This document shows positions 11,601-21,646 of a stretch of DNA of 64,000 nt, one piece after another. The notes beneath the pieces are model-generated. The model had not been told where the DNA came from and did no database searches. It worked only from the letters and a program-made list of their open reading frames with translations. This stretch comes from an uncultured Chloroflexia bacterium (lineage in GTDB: Bacteria; Chloroflexota; Anaerolineae; CG2-30-64-16): positions 352,001 to 416,000 of the forward strand of contig CAWEMM010000007.1 of NCBI GenBank assembly GCA_963810095.1. Reading direction: 5' to 3'. A program made the position numbers and the translations under genes. The number at the start of each line of letters is the position of its first letter. Positions within the stretch are counted from its first letter, which is position 1.

Positions 11601-13378
11601 TCAGCTCGTGGCCGTAGGCGTTGTCGTGGCGGTGGGCGACTCCAACGGTATTGCGGTTGGCTCCGCCGTTGGTGTCGCCGTTGGCTCGGTCGTCGGTGTG
11701 TTAGTCGGTGGTTCGACCACGAAAACGACCAGGGCAAGCAAGCTCCCGTCTGAAAACTGCAGGGCACGTACCTGGGCCTGGCGTCCAACGACCGGCGTTC
11801 CGACGAACTGGGTGGCGGAGTTGGTCCCGATAAACCGCCCGTCGACCGTGATCGACGTGGCAGCGATGGCATCGATGTTGCCGTCGATTTGGACTTCTGT
11901 GGCCGGCACCAGGGTGATGCTGGTGGCCCAGATTTCGCCGTTCGGCTGCTTCGTACCTTTGACCGACACGCGATCTCCGACGGCGATTCCGTCGCTCACC
12001 TGGGCGCCCGCCACTTCCTTGACCTGCGTTCCGCCGATGGTCCACGACGGCCGGTTGATCGCATCAACGTAGCCCTGGAACTCCACCGGCTCGGGCGTGG
12101 CTTCCTGCGCTGCAGTGATCGTGATCCGGATCGCGAGCGGCAGCGCGCCGGGCCGCTCCCACACCTCGGCCTCGGCGAACGCACCCACGACCGCGTTGCC
12201 CGAGATTTCGGCCCACGGCGCCACTTCCACCTGCTGCCCACCGATCGTCCAGATGTTGCCGTTGATCGCCTCGATCCGGCCGATGACCCTCAGGGAGACC
12301 GGTGTCGGCCGCGAAACCTGCGGCGTCCAGGTGGCCGTGGGCAAGGCGGTCGGCGTCCGGGTGCGGGTGGCGGTCGGCGTGCGAGACGGCGTCGTGGCGT
12401 CCGGGACGGCGTTACTGTTGCCGTCCTGGTCGGCGCATCGGTCGGCTCGAAGGGCGTCATGCCCGGCAGCACCACCGGCAGCCGCATCCTCGTTGGCGAC
12501 GGCACGGGCGAAGGTGTCTCCGTCGGCGTAGCTGTTGCGGCAGGCGGCGGCGCGGCAGCGGGCGGATCTATTGTCAGTTCCTGCGCCTGCGAGCGCGCCA
12601 GTGGCGGCTGTAGCACGGCGAAGACCAGGATCAACCGGCCATCGCCCGGCGCACGCATCCGCCCCACCACCGTGGCCCCGACTTCAGGTGTGCCTTCGAC
12701 CTGCGAGCTGCTATCCAGCCCGACCCGCAGCCCGGAGACCTGCCACTGTTTAGGATCGAACGACTCAATCGTGCCCTGCAATCTTAAGTTGTCAACGGGT
12801 CGCCTGCGTTCGACAACGGCCTGAGCTTCGTCGATGCGGCGCTGGCCGAACTCCTTGCGCAGTTGCGAACGAGTCCCCTCGTCCAGCGCCAAGAACAGCC
12901 GCACGCTTTCCGTCGTCGTCTTGACGTTGTAGAGGGTATCGCCCGGCAGTGCATTAGCAGCCAGGGTAACGCTACCAGAAATGACTATACCACTAATAAA
13001 TAGAATTAGCAAAATCGCAAAAAGGGCTACGGGGCGCGTGCGTGGGCCGCCAAACGGGCTTGAACCGGGGCCAGAGACCTGGAAAATGGTGAAGACCTTC
13101 ATCCACCACGGGACTGCGGCGGCCGCGGCTGCCCGGCTGCGCTGCACGCCGGCGGCCGCGTTCATGAAGCTTGCGCGCGATGCGACGGCGACGCCGGCCG
13201 AGCGAACCGGGGCGGCCCGGTGCTGGCGAACGCCGAACATCGAAGCGAGCATGGGCTCGAGTTGCGCGGCGTGCTCGGGGAAGCGTTCGAGGCAGGCAGA
13301 GACACTGGCGCCCGACAGGATCATGTCGGCGCATTCGGCAAACTGTGCGATCAGCACGTCGTCCTTGCGGCGTCTCAT
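11601..13378 (-). CDS. Putative anti-sigma factor (RsbN-like): N-terminal cytoplasmic domain, one TM helix, DUF5667, DUF5666 repeats and PT-rich linkers; frameshifted near 12400
   Basis: ANALPGDTLYNVKTTTESVRLFL (DUF5667 signature) follows the TM helix; overlaps the sigma stop codon (ATGA coupling). Confidence 0.8.
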
Positions 13379-14007
13379 GGCTGCATCACCCGGCGGAGGG
13401 CGAGAACTGCGCGGTACTGCAGTGCCTTAACCGCGCCCTCGGTCTTCTGCATAATGACGGCTACTTCAGCGATGCTCAAGTCTTCCAGGAATCTCAGCGA
13501 GATCACTTGCGACTGCTCGTCAGTAAGTTCACCCAGTGCCTGTCGGAGCCGCTGGCGCTCGAATTGCGATTCGGTCGAGGCGACCGGGTCGCCGCTCGGC
13601 GCCTGCATGGGCGCAGCATCGTCGATGTCGACAAATGTGGCGCGGCCCCTGCGCCGGTAATGATCGATGACGATGTTATGCGCGATCCGGTACAACCACC
13701 CCGAGAAGGATGTCTGCCACCCGTGGCCGGTGCGGACCGCTTCCAGCATCCGCATGAACACCTGGCCGGTGAGGTCCTCCGCCACGTCGGCCTGGCCGAC
13801 GCGGTGGTAGATGTAGGCGTAGATCCTGTCAACGTACTGGTCGTACAACATGCCCAGGGCTGCGGGATCGGCCCGCTTAGCCCGGTCGAGCACCGACTGT
13901 TCAGGCGGCTCCAAGCGCGGATTGTCGCCTTTGCGCGTATCATCACCTTTGAAGACGCCAAAGGTTGCAAAAGATAACGCTCCAAAGAGCCAATTAAGTA
14001 GGTTCAT
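13375..14007 (-). CDS. ECF RNA polymerase sigma factor, BldN-like
   Basis: Region 2 LYDQYVDRIYAYIYHRVG..AEDLT..WLYRIAHN; region 4 LRFLEDLSIAEVAVIMQKTEGAVKALQYRA. Confidence 0.92.
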   Translation of the reverse strand: MNLLNWLFGALSFATFGVFKGDDTRKGDNPRLEPPEQSVLDRAKRADPAALGMLYDQYVDRIYAYIYHRVGQADVAEDLTGQVFMRMLEAVRTGHGWQTSFSGWLYRIAHNIVIDHYRRRGRATFVDIDDAAPMQAPSGDPVASTESQFERQRLRQALGELTDEQSQVISLRFLEDLSIAEVAVIMQKTEGAVKALQYRAVLALRRVMQP

Positions 14008-14035
14008 TGGAAATTCGTGGTCACAGCAGTGGCCA

Positions 14036-14621
14036 CTACCGGGATGGACCGCTCGCGCGCCAGGTTACGACGATGCGTTGGACCGCGGTGATGCCCGCCA
14101 GCACCGCAATCAGTCCCACCGCCCAGGTCAGCTGCCCAAAGATCAGCCCGGCAATCAGGATGACGAGCCGCTCGAACCGTGTCAGGAGTCCCTCCTTACA
14201 CTGCAGGCCGATTCCTTCGGCGCGGGCACGCGTGTAACTGACGAGTAGTGACATGCCTAGGGCGATGATGGCCAACATGACACCCAGGTTGGTTGTTGGC
14301 CCGGAGCAAAACCCACGCGATCGCGACGAACAGCACTACTTCGGCCCAGCGATCGAGCGTTGAATCGAGGAAGGCGCCGAAGCGGGTGGTCTGGCCCGTA
14401 ATCCGGGCCAGCGTGCCGTCCACGGCGTCGAACGCGAGCGTAAACATGAGGAGGATTCCGGCAAGGAGCAGCTGGCCTGTGGCCAACACCACAGCGACGA
14501 TGACGGTCAGGAAGAAGCCGATGATGGTGACGGCATTGGGGGTCAGTCCCAGGGAGCCCAGGAAGCGGGCTATCGGCTCGATCAACCGCGCGCTGAAGGA
14601 TCTGGCAAGATTCGTGACCAT
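14036..14621 (-). CDS. CDP-alcohol phosphatidyltransferase (PgsA/PIP-synthase-like), frameshift near 14285
   Basis: TPNAVT, DAVDGTLAR....TRFGAFLDSTLDRWAE, LVSYTRARAEG, RFER. Confidence 0.92.
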
Positions 14622-14767
14622 GCTCGCACCCGGGAAGAAGATGACGTAAAAATGCAAATACAATATACCAGAAGCGCGCGCGGCTGTCAACAGATGAATT
14701 GGCGGTACGGGCTAAGTATGCTAAAGTGGCGCTGCATTATCACCCATCCTTGCGCAGCGGTGTGGCT

Positions 14768-15544
14768 GTGATTCGCAGAACGCCCCAACATCGCTCATCC
14801 TCGCTCGAACGGGCCGCCGACCTGCTGGCCGTGTCCTCGCGCACGCTGGCGCTGACGGGCGCGGGCATCAGCACCCCGTCCGGCATCCCCGACTTTCGCA
14901 GCGACCGTTCCGGTCTGTGGAAGCACACGAATCCTCTCGAAGTGGCTTCAATCTGGGGTTTCCACGAGCATCCCGAACGCTTCTACCAGTGGGTCAAGCC
15001 TTTGCTCTCCAGCACGGCGACCGCGCGGCCCAATGACGCGCACAAGGTGCTGGCGCGCATGGAGGCCGCCGGCCGGCTGGCGGGGGTCGTGACGCAGAAT
15101 ATCGACTCGCTGCACCAGGCGGCGGGGAGCAAGTGCGTGTGCGAACTGCACGGCCACTTGCGTAGTGTTACCTGCCTGGGGTGTCATGCGCGGTCGCCCG
15201 CGGAGCATCTGCTTGCCGGCGTGCTGGCCGGCCTGCCACCGCCGCGCTGTCCTGCGTGCGGCGAGCTCCTCAAGCCCGACGTGGTGCTCTTCGGCGAGCC
15301 CCTGCCCTATGACTTGCTGGCGCGGGCACAGGAAGAGGCGCTGGCGTGCGACGTGATGCTCATCGTGGGAACTTCGCTCGAAGTCATGCCTGCGGCCGAT
15401 CTGCCGCTGTTGGCGAAGCGGCGCGGCGCGAAGCTCGTGCTCGTGAACCGGACGGCCACACCGCTTGACGATCAGATGGACTTCGTCGTGCGCGCCGACG
15501 TGGTGGCGGCCCTGACGGGGATTGCGGAGAACCTGGGATTGTAG
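14768..15544 (+). CDS. cobB: NAD-dependent protein deacylase (Sir2 family); start uncertain
   Basis: [26 protein letters not shown], two CxxC pairs, [15 protein letters not shown]. Confidence 0.93.
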   Translation: MIRRTPQHRSSSLERAADLLAVSSRTLALTGAGISTPSGIPDFRSDRSGLWKHTNPLEVASIWGFHEHPERFYQWVKPLLSSTATARPNDAHKVLARMEAAGRLAGVVTQNIDSLHQAAGSKCVCELHGHLRSVTCLGCHARSPAEHLLAGVLAGLPPPRCPACGELLKPDVVLFGEPLPYDLLARAQEEALACDVMLIVGTSLEVMPAADLPLLAKRRGAKLVLVNRTATPLDDQMDFVVRADVVAALTGIAENLGL

Positions 15545-15621
15545 CCGCGCGCCCAATGGTGCCGTCACCGTCTCGCCGAGCCGCAGGGGGCACCCTCGTC
15601 GACCGGCCCCAGCGACTTTTT

Positions 15622-15711
15622 CGGACACTGATCGGACAGATCCGCCTGATTATCACGATCTTTTTCCCGATGGACCGTGCAGATCAATTCAATGAATTGC
15701 CTCAGTGTCCC
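15622..15711. repeat. ~90-bp palindromic dispersed element, copy 1
   Basis: Terminal inverted repeat GGACACTGA...TCAGTGTCC; closely similar to the reverse complement of 33773-33870. Confidence 0.8.
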
Positions 15712-15727
15712 AGCCAAGAGAAGGCGC

Positions 15728-16186
15728 TCACTCTCTTTCCCGGTGCTGGTGAACCTGGGGTGGGTCTTTGGCGTATGTCGCTTCGAGCCCCGACAGCAAT
15801 TGCTGCTTTTCCGCGTCGGTCAGCTTCGCATCGCCGTGCATCAGCAAATAGTCCCAGGGCGGCATGTCGCCGCTCCGCACGCGCTCGCCGATTTCATCGA
15901 AGCGCGACTGGCGCTGGTCCCACTGCGAGAAATTCAGGTTCTCCCGGCCCTCGGTCACATGCCGCCACAGAAGCAGGTTGACCGGCGCGACATACGCATA
16001 GGGCGGCCAGACCGTCTCGTTGCTGTGGCAGTCGAAGCAGGCGCGCTGCGCCAACGCTCGGGTCTGGGGCGAGTCCCAGTTGACCTCACGCGCAACGGGC
16101 GGATTTGTCCGGTTCAGCGGCAGCAGCGACGCAATGACAAACAACGCGACGGCAGCAATCACGACCCACAGGATGACGCGCTTCAT
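15728..16186 (-). CDS. Heme-binding domain (cytochrome c-type, Haem_bd) protein
   Basis: N-terminal TM helix, TNPPV, ACFDCHSNET (CxxCH), GRENLNFSQW, MPPWDYLLMH. Confidence 0.9.
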   Translation of the reverse strand: MKRVILWVVIAAVALFVIASLLPLNRTNPPVAREVNWDSPQTRALAQRACFDCHSNETVWPPYAYVAPVNLLLWRHVTEGRENLNFSQWDQRQSRFDEIGERVRSGDMPPWDYLLMHGDAKLTDAEKQQLLSGLEATYAKDPPQVHQHRERE

Positions 16187-16347
16187 CGGTTAGTACTCCT
16201 CTTGTTCATGCTTCCACAGAGTCTGGCCCCATTGTGAGACCGGCGCCACACGCTGTCAAATCCGCCTGCACCTTTGGAAGTGCGCTTCGCGTCCTGCGCG
16301 CGCCTTCGTGGCTTCGTGTTCAAACCCACCCGTGTCTTTGATCTGAT

Positions 16348-16404
16348 TTGACACTCCGTCCAATGCTAGTTAGAATCTGACTACCGTTGTTCAGATTCTG
16401 AATA
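16348..16404 (+). promoter_or_regulatory. sigma70 promoter with two 17-bp palindromic operators (probable PadR autorepression)
   Basis: TTGACA(16348)-N17-TAGAAT(16371); imperfect palindromes TAGTTAGAATCTGACTA 16367-16383 and TGTTCAGATTCTGAATA 16388-16404. Confidence 0.75.
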
Positions 16405-16450
16405 GTGCCCGGGCGAAACGATACTGGGTTGCGAGCGAGGAGGGGAGCGC

Positions 16451-16999
16451 GTGCAGGCGCCGTGGTCGAGCGAGATGATCCTGTTGGGTCTGCTGTGTGA
16501 GCGGCCCATGCACGGCTATGAGCTGGGCCAGACGGTGCGCGACGACCCGGCCATGCCGCTGATCTGGCGCTTCGAGCGCAGCGAGGTCTACTTTCTGCTG
16601 GGCAAGCTGCGCGAGCGCGGCTACGTCGAGGAGACCGGCGAGGCCAAGGGCGGCGGCCCCACCCGCACCATCTATTCACCCACCGCACCCGGCCGGGCAG
16701 CGCTCGACCTGTGGCTGCGCACCCCCGAGGTCCGCCCGCGGCTGCTGCGCACCGCGTTCCTGGCGCGGGTCCACCTCGCGCTCCGCCGCGACCCCGAGCT
16801 TGCGGTACAGATCATCACGGCCCAGCAGCGCCATCTTGCCGGCTGGCTGGCGGCAGAGCGGGCCGAGCCGCCCGCAGACCGGTATGTGGGCCTGGTGCGC
16901 GAGGTGCGCGCCGCTCAGGTCGATGCCAGCATCGCCGCGTTGGACGGGCTGGCGGAGTACGCACGCTCGCTCGTCATGGCAACCGCGGAGCCGTCGTGA
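16451..16999 (+). CDS. PadR-family transcriptional regulator of the mod operon
   Basis: LLGLLCERPMHGYEL..VYFLLGKLRERGYV..RTIYSPTAPGRAALDLWL; overlaps the modA start. Confidence 0.9.
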   Translation: MQAPWSSEMILLGLLCERPMHGYELGQTVRDDPAMPLIWRFERSEVYFLLGKLRERGYVEETGEAKGGGPTRTIYSPTAPGRAALDLWLRTPEVRPRLLRTAFLARVHLALRRDPELAVQIITAQQRHLAGWLAAERAEPPADRYVGLVREVRAAQVDASIAALDGLAEYARSLVMATAEPS

Positions 17000-17812
17000 T
17001 GCCCCGCGCTCTGCCGCCTCGACGCTGGCTCCCCGCGATCCTGCTGGCGCTGGTGCTGTCGCTGCTGGCCGGGTGCGGTAGGGCCGGCACGGCCGCCCGC
17101 CCCCTAACGGTGTTTGCGGCAGCTTCGCTCACCGAGGCATTCAAAGAGCTTGGCGCCGATTTCACGGCCGAAACAGGCATTCCCGTCGCCTTCAATTTCG
17201 CGGGTTCGCAGCAGCTGCGGGCGCAGCTGGAGCAGGGGGCCGATGCGGACGTATTCGCTTCGGCCAACAACAAAGAGATGACCGCGGCGATCCGTTCGGG
17301 GCTGGTGATTACGGGAACGCCGCAGGTCTTCGCGCATAATCGCCTGGTTGTCATCATGCCGAAGGAGAATCCCGCCGGGATCACCGCCCTGGGCGGGCTG
17401 GCACAGCCGGGCTTGAAACTGGTCCTGGCGGACAAGGCCGTGCCGGTGGGGCAGTACAGCTTTGACATGCTCGACAAGATGAGCGGCGACCCGGCGTTCG
17501 GCGCTGATTTTGGTAGGCGGGTCCTCGCAAACGTCGTATCGTACGAGCAAAACGTCAAGTCCGTTGTGACCAAGGTCCAGCTGGGCGAGGCCGACGCAGG
17601 CATCGTCTATGCCACAGATGTTACGCCGGCCGCAGCCCAGCGGGTGGTTGCGCTCGCCGTATCGGAAGCCTATAACCAGGTCGCGAGCTATCCCATCGCA
17701 CCGCTTGCCAGGAGCCAGAACGGTGCGGCGGCGGCGAGGTTTGTAGCGGCTTGTGTTATCGAAGAAGGGGCAGGCCACCTTGGCCAGGCACGGGTTCGCG
17801 ACCGCACCATGA
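16999..17812 (+). CDS. modA: Molybdate ABC transporter substrate-binding lipoprotein (last ~20 codons frameshifted; the annotated frame runs to 17856)
   Basis: Lipobox LLAGC; LTVFAAASLTEAF, FAGSQQL..GADADVFASA, VPVGQY, GEADAGIVYATD. Confidence 0.93.
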
Positions 17813-17863
17813 GCGGCCGCACCACGAGCGGCTCGGCAGTGATCATCGTCGAGTGAGGACGTA

Positions 17864-18739
17864 TTGGCAGGCTACGTACACAGTGTGAACCGAGGGGAGA
17901 ACCAGTCAAGCCGCGTGGGCTCGCCGCCGCGCGTGCGGCGGGGGCGGGGCATCCCGCCGTGGACCACGCTGCTCATGAGCCTCCCACTGCTCGCGTTCAT
18001 CGCGCTCCCGATCCTCGCCTTGTTTGGCCGCACCAGCCTCGAGACGTTGGTGGCCAGCCTGGCGACGCCCGAGGCGCAAGCGGCGCTCCGTCTCAGCATG
18101 CAGACGACCGTCATCAGCACCTCGCTCGCGATCCTGTTGGGCACGCCGGTCGCCCTGCTGCTGGCGCAGCCGAACCTTCGCTTCGGCCGGGCGCTCGACA
18201 CCTTCCTCGAGCTGCCCATCGTGATCCCCCCTTCGGTGGCCGGCATCGCGCTGCTGATGGCGTTCGGCCGCCGGGGCGTGTTCGCCGGCCCGCTGAACGA
18301 GTTGGGCATCTCGCTGCCTTTCACGTCGCTGGCCGTGGTGCTGGCCCAGCTCTTCGTGGCCGCGCCCTTCTATGTGAAAGCCGCCTCGCTCGGTTTCAGC
18401 GCTATCGATCAGGACGCCCGGGAAGCCGCCGCGATCGACGGCGCTAACCGCTCGCAGTTGTTCCGCAAGATCCTGGTGCCGCTGGCGTGGCCGGCCCTGC
18501 TGAGCGGCATCGCCACCACCTGGGCGCGCGCTCTTGGCGAGTTCGGCGCCACCATCATCTTCGCCGGCAACTTCCCGGGCCGCACCCAGACCATGCCGCT
18601 CGCGATCTATCTCGGGTTCGAAATGGACATCGACGTGGCCCTGGCACTCTCCGTCGTGCTCATCACCCTCGCGTTCCTCTCCCTCTTCGTGGTCAAAGTC
18701 CTACTCAAGCGCGAGCCGCTCTCCGGTTCTCCTGACTAG
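17864..18739 (+). CDS. modB: Molybdate ABC transporter permease
   Basis: LPIVIPPSVAGIALL, EAAAIDGA loop, WARALGEFGATIIFAGNFPGRTQTMPLAIY. Confidence 0.92.
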   Translation: MAGYVHSVNRGENQSSRVGSPPRVRRGRGIPPWTTLLMSLPLLAFIALPILALFGRTSLETLVASLATPEAQAALRLSMQTTVISTSLAILLGTPVALLLAQPNLRFGRALDTFLELPIVIPPSVAGIALLMAFGRRGVFAGPLNELGISLPFTSLAVVLAQLFVAAPFYVKAASLGFSAIDQDAREAAAIDGANRSQLFRKILVPLAWPALLSGIATTWARALGEFGATIIFAGNFPGRTQTMPLAIYLGFEMDIDVALALSVVLITLAFLSLFVVKVLLKREPLSGSPD

Positions 18740-18785
18740 CGCGTTTCCTTCTCCTTAAATCTTTTATCCGCATTATTTTTGGGTC

Positions 18786-18842
18786 TTGACAAATCGCAAC
18801 AACGAGCGTATTCTCTTGTTACCGGTAACGTTACCGGTAACA
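18786..18842 (+). promoter_or_regulatory. sigma70 promoter with tandem LacI-type operator
   Basis: TTGACA-N17-TATTCT, followed by the perfect 26-bp palindrome TGTTACCGGTAACGTTACCGGTAACA (two GTTACCGGTAAC units). Confidence 0.85.
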
Positions 18843-18863
18843 TCCCGCCCAACCACCCAGCCC

Positions 18864-19922
18864 ATGTCAAGAAACAGCGCGAAGCACCCGACGTTGCGTG
18901 ACGTAGCAGCCCTGGCCGGGGTCTCCCACCAGACGGTCTCACGCGTCGTCAACCAGGTCCCTGGCGTGACGCCCGAGACACGCTCGATGGTGGAACAGGC
19001 CATTGCCGAGCTGGGCTTCCGCCCACATGCGATTGCGCGCTCGATGGCCGAAGGCCGCACCCGCACCCTGGCCTGCCTCACGCCGAATCTCACCGATTTC
19101 ACTTACGCTTCCAACATTGAAGGCGCCGAAACCATCGCCCGCCAGCACGGCTACTTCCTGCTCTCTGCGTCGTACGGCGCGGGCGGCGGCGAGGTGGATC
19201 AGCAGCTCGAAGCGCTCATCGATGCCTTGGTGGGACGCCGCCGGGTGGACGGGCTCATTGTGTTCAGCCCCAACGTCGATCTGCCGGTACGCCTGCTGCC
19301 CGCGGATTTTCCGGTCGTCCTCATGGGTGGCTGTTCACGCGACGACGTTGCGAACCTCGTGTACCTCGACAACCGCGGTGATGCCGCGCTGGCGGCCGGC
19401 CACCTGCTCGAGCTGGGGCACACGAAGATCGGGCAGATCACCGGGCCGCTGGCCGAAGACTGCTCGCAGGAGCGCGATGCCGGTTACCGGGACGCCCTCG
19501 GGCGGCACGGCCTCGCGCATGATCCGACCCTGACAGTGGAGGGGAATTGGTCTGCCACTTCGGGTTACGAGGGGCTGGGCGCCTTGCTTGCGCAAGCGCC
19601 CGACCTGACTGCCGTGGTCGTGCAGAATGACCGCATGGCCGTGGGTGCGATCCGGGCCGCCCGGGATGCCGGCCTCGCCGTTCCGGTCGACCTCTCCGTT
19701 GTTGGTTTTGACGATATGCCGCTGGCGTCTTACTTCGATCCCCCTCTGACCACCATGCGCCAGGACACCTTTGGCATCGGCCGCACCTGTGCGGAGCGTT
19801 TGCTGGCGATTCTGGATCACGACGAGCCGGCGCATCCGCCGGTCCGGCTCACATCCGAGCTCGTGACCCGCAGCAGCACGGCCCCACCCACCCGCGGCAC
19901 GGCCGCTGGCGAGCGTGCCTAG
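18864..19922 (+). CDS. LacI-family transcriptional regulator
   Basis: PTLRDVAALAGVSHQTVSRVVN; SVVGFDD..PPLTT. Confidence 0.95.
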   Translation: MSRNSAKHPTLRDVAALAGVSHQTVSRVVNQVPGVTPETRSMVEQAIAELGFRPHAIARSMAEGRTRTLACLTPNLTDFTYASNIEGAETIARQHGYFLLSASYGAGGGEVDQQLEALIDALVGRRRVDGLIVFSPNVDLPVRLLPADFPVVLMGGCSRDDVANLVYLDNRGDAALAAGHLLELGHTKIGQITGPLAEDCSQERDAGYRDALGRHGLAHDPTLTVEGNWSATSGYEGLGALLAQAPDLTAVVVQNDRMAVGAIRAARDAGLAVPVDLSVVGFDDMPLASYFDPPLTTMRQDTFGIGRTCAERLLAILDHDEPAHPPVRLTSELVTRSSTAPPTRGTAAGERA

Positions 19923-20056
19923 CATCCGATTTGACGGCGCCGGCCGGAGGGGCCGGGTCGGAAGGAGGTGACCTGCTCCAGCCAGACCACAATCGCTCAC
20001 AACACCAGCCATAAACCTATCCGCTTCAACTCAACTCTAGGGAGGGAAGTCCGACT

Positions 20057-21457
20057 ATGTCGTCCAAGTGGTTTAAGTTCGCATCGCTGCTCATGGTCTT
20101 GAGCATGGTCTTCGTGATCGCCGCATGCGCGGCGCCGGCGCCCGCACCGGCCGCACCCCAGGTCGTCGAGAAGGTCGTCACCCAGGTGGTGAAGGAAGTC
20201 CAGACCCAGGTGGTGGAGGTCGAGAAGCCGGTGGTCCAGACCCAGGTGGTCGAGAAGACGATCGAGATCACCCAGGTCCCCGTGACCAACATGGTCTACA
20301 ACTCCTACCAGAGCGATCCGGCGCCCCGCCAGGTCGATGCCGACATCGTGAAGATGTTCCAGGAGAAGTACCCGAACATCAGCGTGACCCAGAGCACCGT
20401 GGCGCACGAGGATTTCAAGCAGGCCATCCGGGCCTACCTCACCTCGTCGACGCCGCCCGATGTCATGACCTGGTTCGCCGGCAACCGCGCCCGCTTCTTC
20501 ATCGACAAGGGCCAAATCCTGGACATCAGCGACGTCTACAAGAGCGAAGGCTGGGACAAGGCTTTCCCCAAGGGCTTCCAGGCGCTGAGCACCGTCGACG
20601 GCAAGCAGTACTTCGTCCCGACCAGCTACTACTGGTGGGGCATGTATTACAACAAGAAGGTGTTTGAGAAGTACGGCCTCCAGCCCCCGACGACCTGGGA
20701 AGAGTTCCTGAAGGTCTGTGAGACGCTCAAGGCGAACGGCATCACCCCCATCGTCAGCGGCACCAAGAACGCCTGGCCGGCGGCCGCGTGGTTCGACTAC
20801 CTCAACATGCGCGTGAACGGACCCGAGTTCCACATCAACCTGATGCTGGGCAAGGAAAAGTATGACGACCCGCGCGTCAAGAAGGTGTTCGAGTACTGGG
20901 CCGAGCTGATCAACAAGGGCTACTTCATCGACAACGCTGCTTCTTACGACTGGCAGGAAGTGCTGCCCGAGATGCTGCAGGACAAGGCCGGTATGTACCT
21001 GATGGGGCAGTTCGTCATGGACTCGATCCCTGAGGATCAGAAGGCCAACTACGACTTCTTCCGCTTCCCGATCATCGACCCGAACGTGCCAGTGGGCGAA
21101 GATGCGCCGACCGACGGTTACTTCGCCGCCGCGAATGCGCCGCATCCCGAGGCCGCGAAGGCCTTCCTGGCCTACCTGGGCTCGAAGGAAGCGCAGGCCT
21201 ACGTCGCCGAACAGCTGAAGCGGCTGCCCGTCAACACCGACGTCGACACGAGCAAGTTCGACGAAGCCTCGAAGAAGGGCATGGCCATGCTCCAGGGCGC
21301 GGACTACATCGCGCAGTTCTACGATCGCGACACCACGCCCGAAATGGCCGAGAAGGGCATGGCTGCCTTCCAGGCCTTCTGGAACGACCCCAAGCAGATC
21401 GACACCATCCTGGCCGACCTCGAGAAGGAACGCGCCATGATTTTCGCCGAGGAATAA
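20057..21457 (+). CDS. Sugar ABC transporter substrate-binding lipoprotein
   Basis: Lipobox IAAC, VEKVVTQ repeat linker, PPDVMTWFAG, W..W.EFL..C..LKA.GI.PI. Confidence 0.93.
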   Translation: MSSKWFKFASLLMVLSMVFVIAACAAPAPAPAAPQVVEKVVTQVVKEVQTQVVEVEKPVVQTQVVEKTIEITQVPVTNMVYNSYQSDPAPRQVDADIVKMFQEKYPNISVTQSTVAHEDFKQAIRAYLTSSTPPDVMTWFAGNRARFFIDKGQILDISDVYKSEGWDKAFPKGFQALSTVDGKQYFVPTSYYWWGMYYNKKVFEKYGLQPPTTWEEFLKVCETLKANGITPIVSGTKNAWPAAAWFDYLNMRVNGPEFHINLMLGKEKYDDPRVKKVFEYWAELINKGYFIDNAASYDWQEVLPEMLQDKAGMYLMGQFVMDSIPEDQKANYDFFRFPIIDPNVPVGEDAPTDGYFAAANAPHPEAAKAFLAYLGSKEAQAYVAEQLKRLPVNTDVDTSKFDEASKKGMAMLQGADYIAQFYDRDTTPEMAEKGMAAFQAFWNDPKQIDTILADLEKERAMIFAEE

Positions 21458-21646
21458 GCGATGACGGACGCGGCGCCGCTGTAATGCGCCGCGTCGCCAG
21501 CAAGGACCGCAGGCTTACGGAGCCGGATAAGGTCTTCTTCTGGTGCAGGTTGCGGCCAGCCGACCACGGCCTGCACCAGGAGGGGCCTTGCGATCCGATC
21601 CTTGATGGTTGCGCGTTGCCTCTGCAATGCGCGAGGGAGGTGCACG

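Noticed and set aside
16405-16450. Moco/Tuco RNA motif upstream of padR-modA
   Set aside because: Only a short stem is present and the leader is too short for the multi-stem motif. DNA operators explain the symmetry.
21465-21580. Hairpins between the substrate-binding and permease genes as an sRNA
   Set aside because: They are typical mRNA-stabilising stems after ABC binding-protein genes, with no independent promoter seen.
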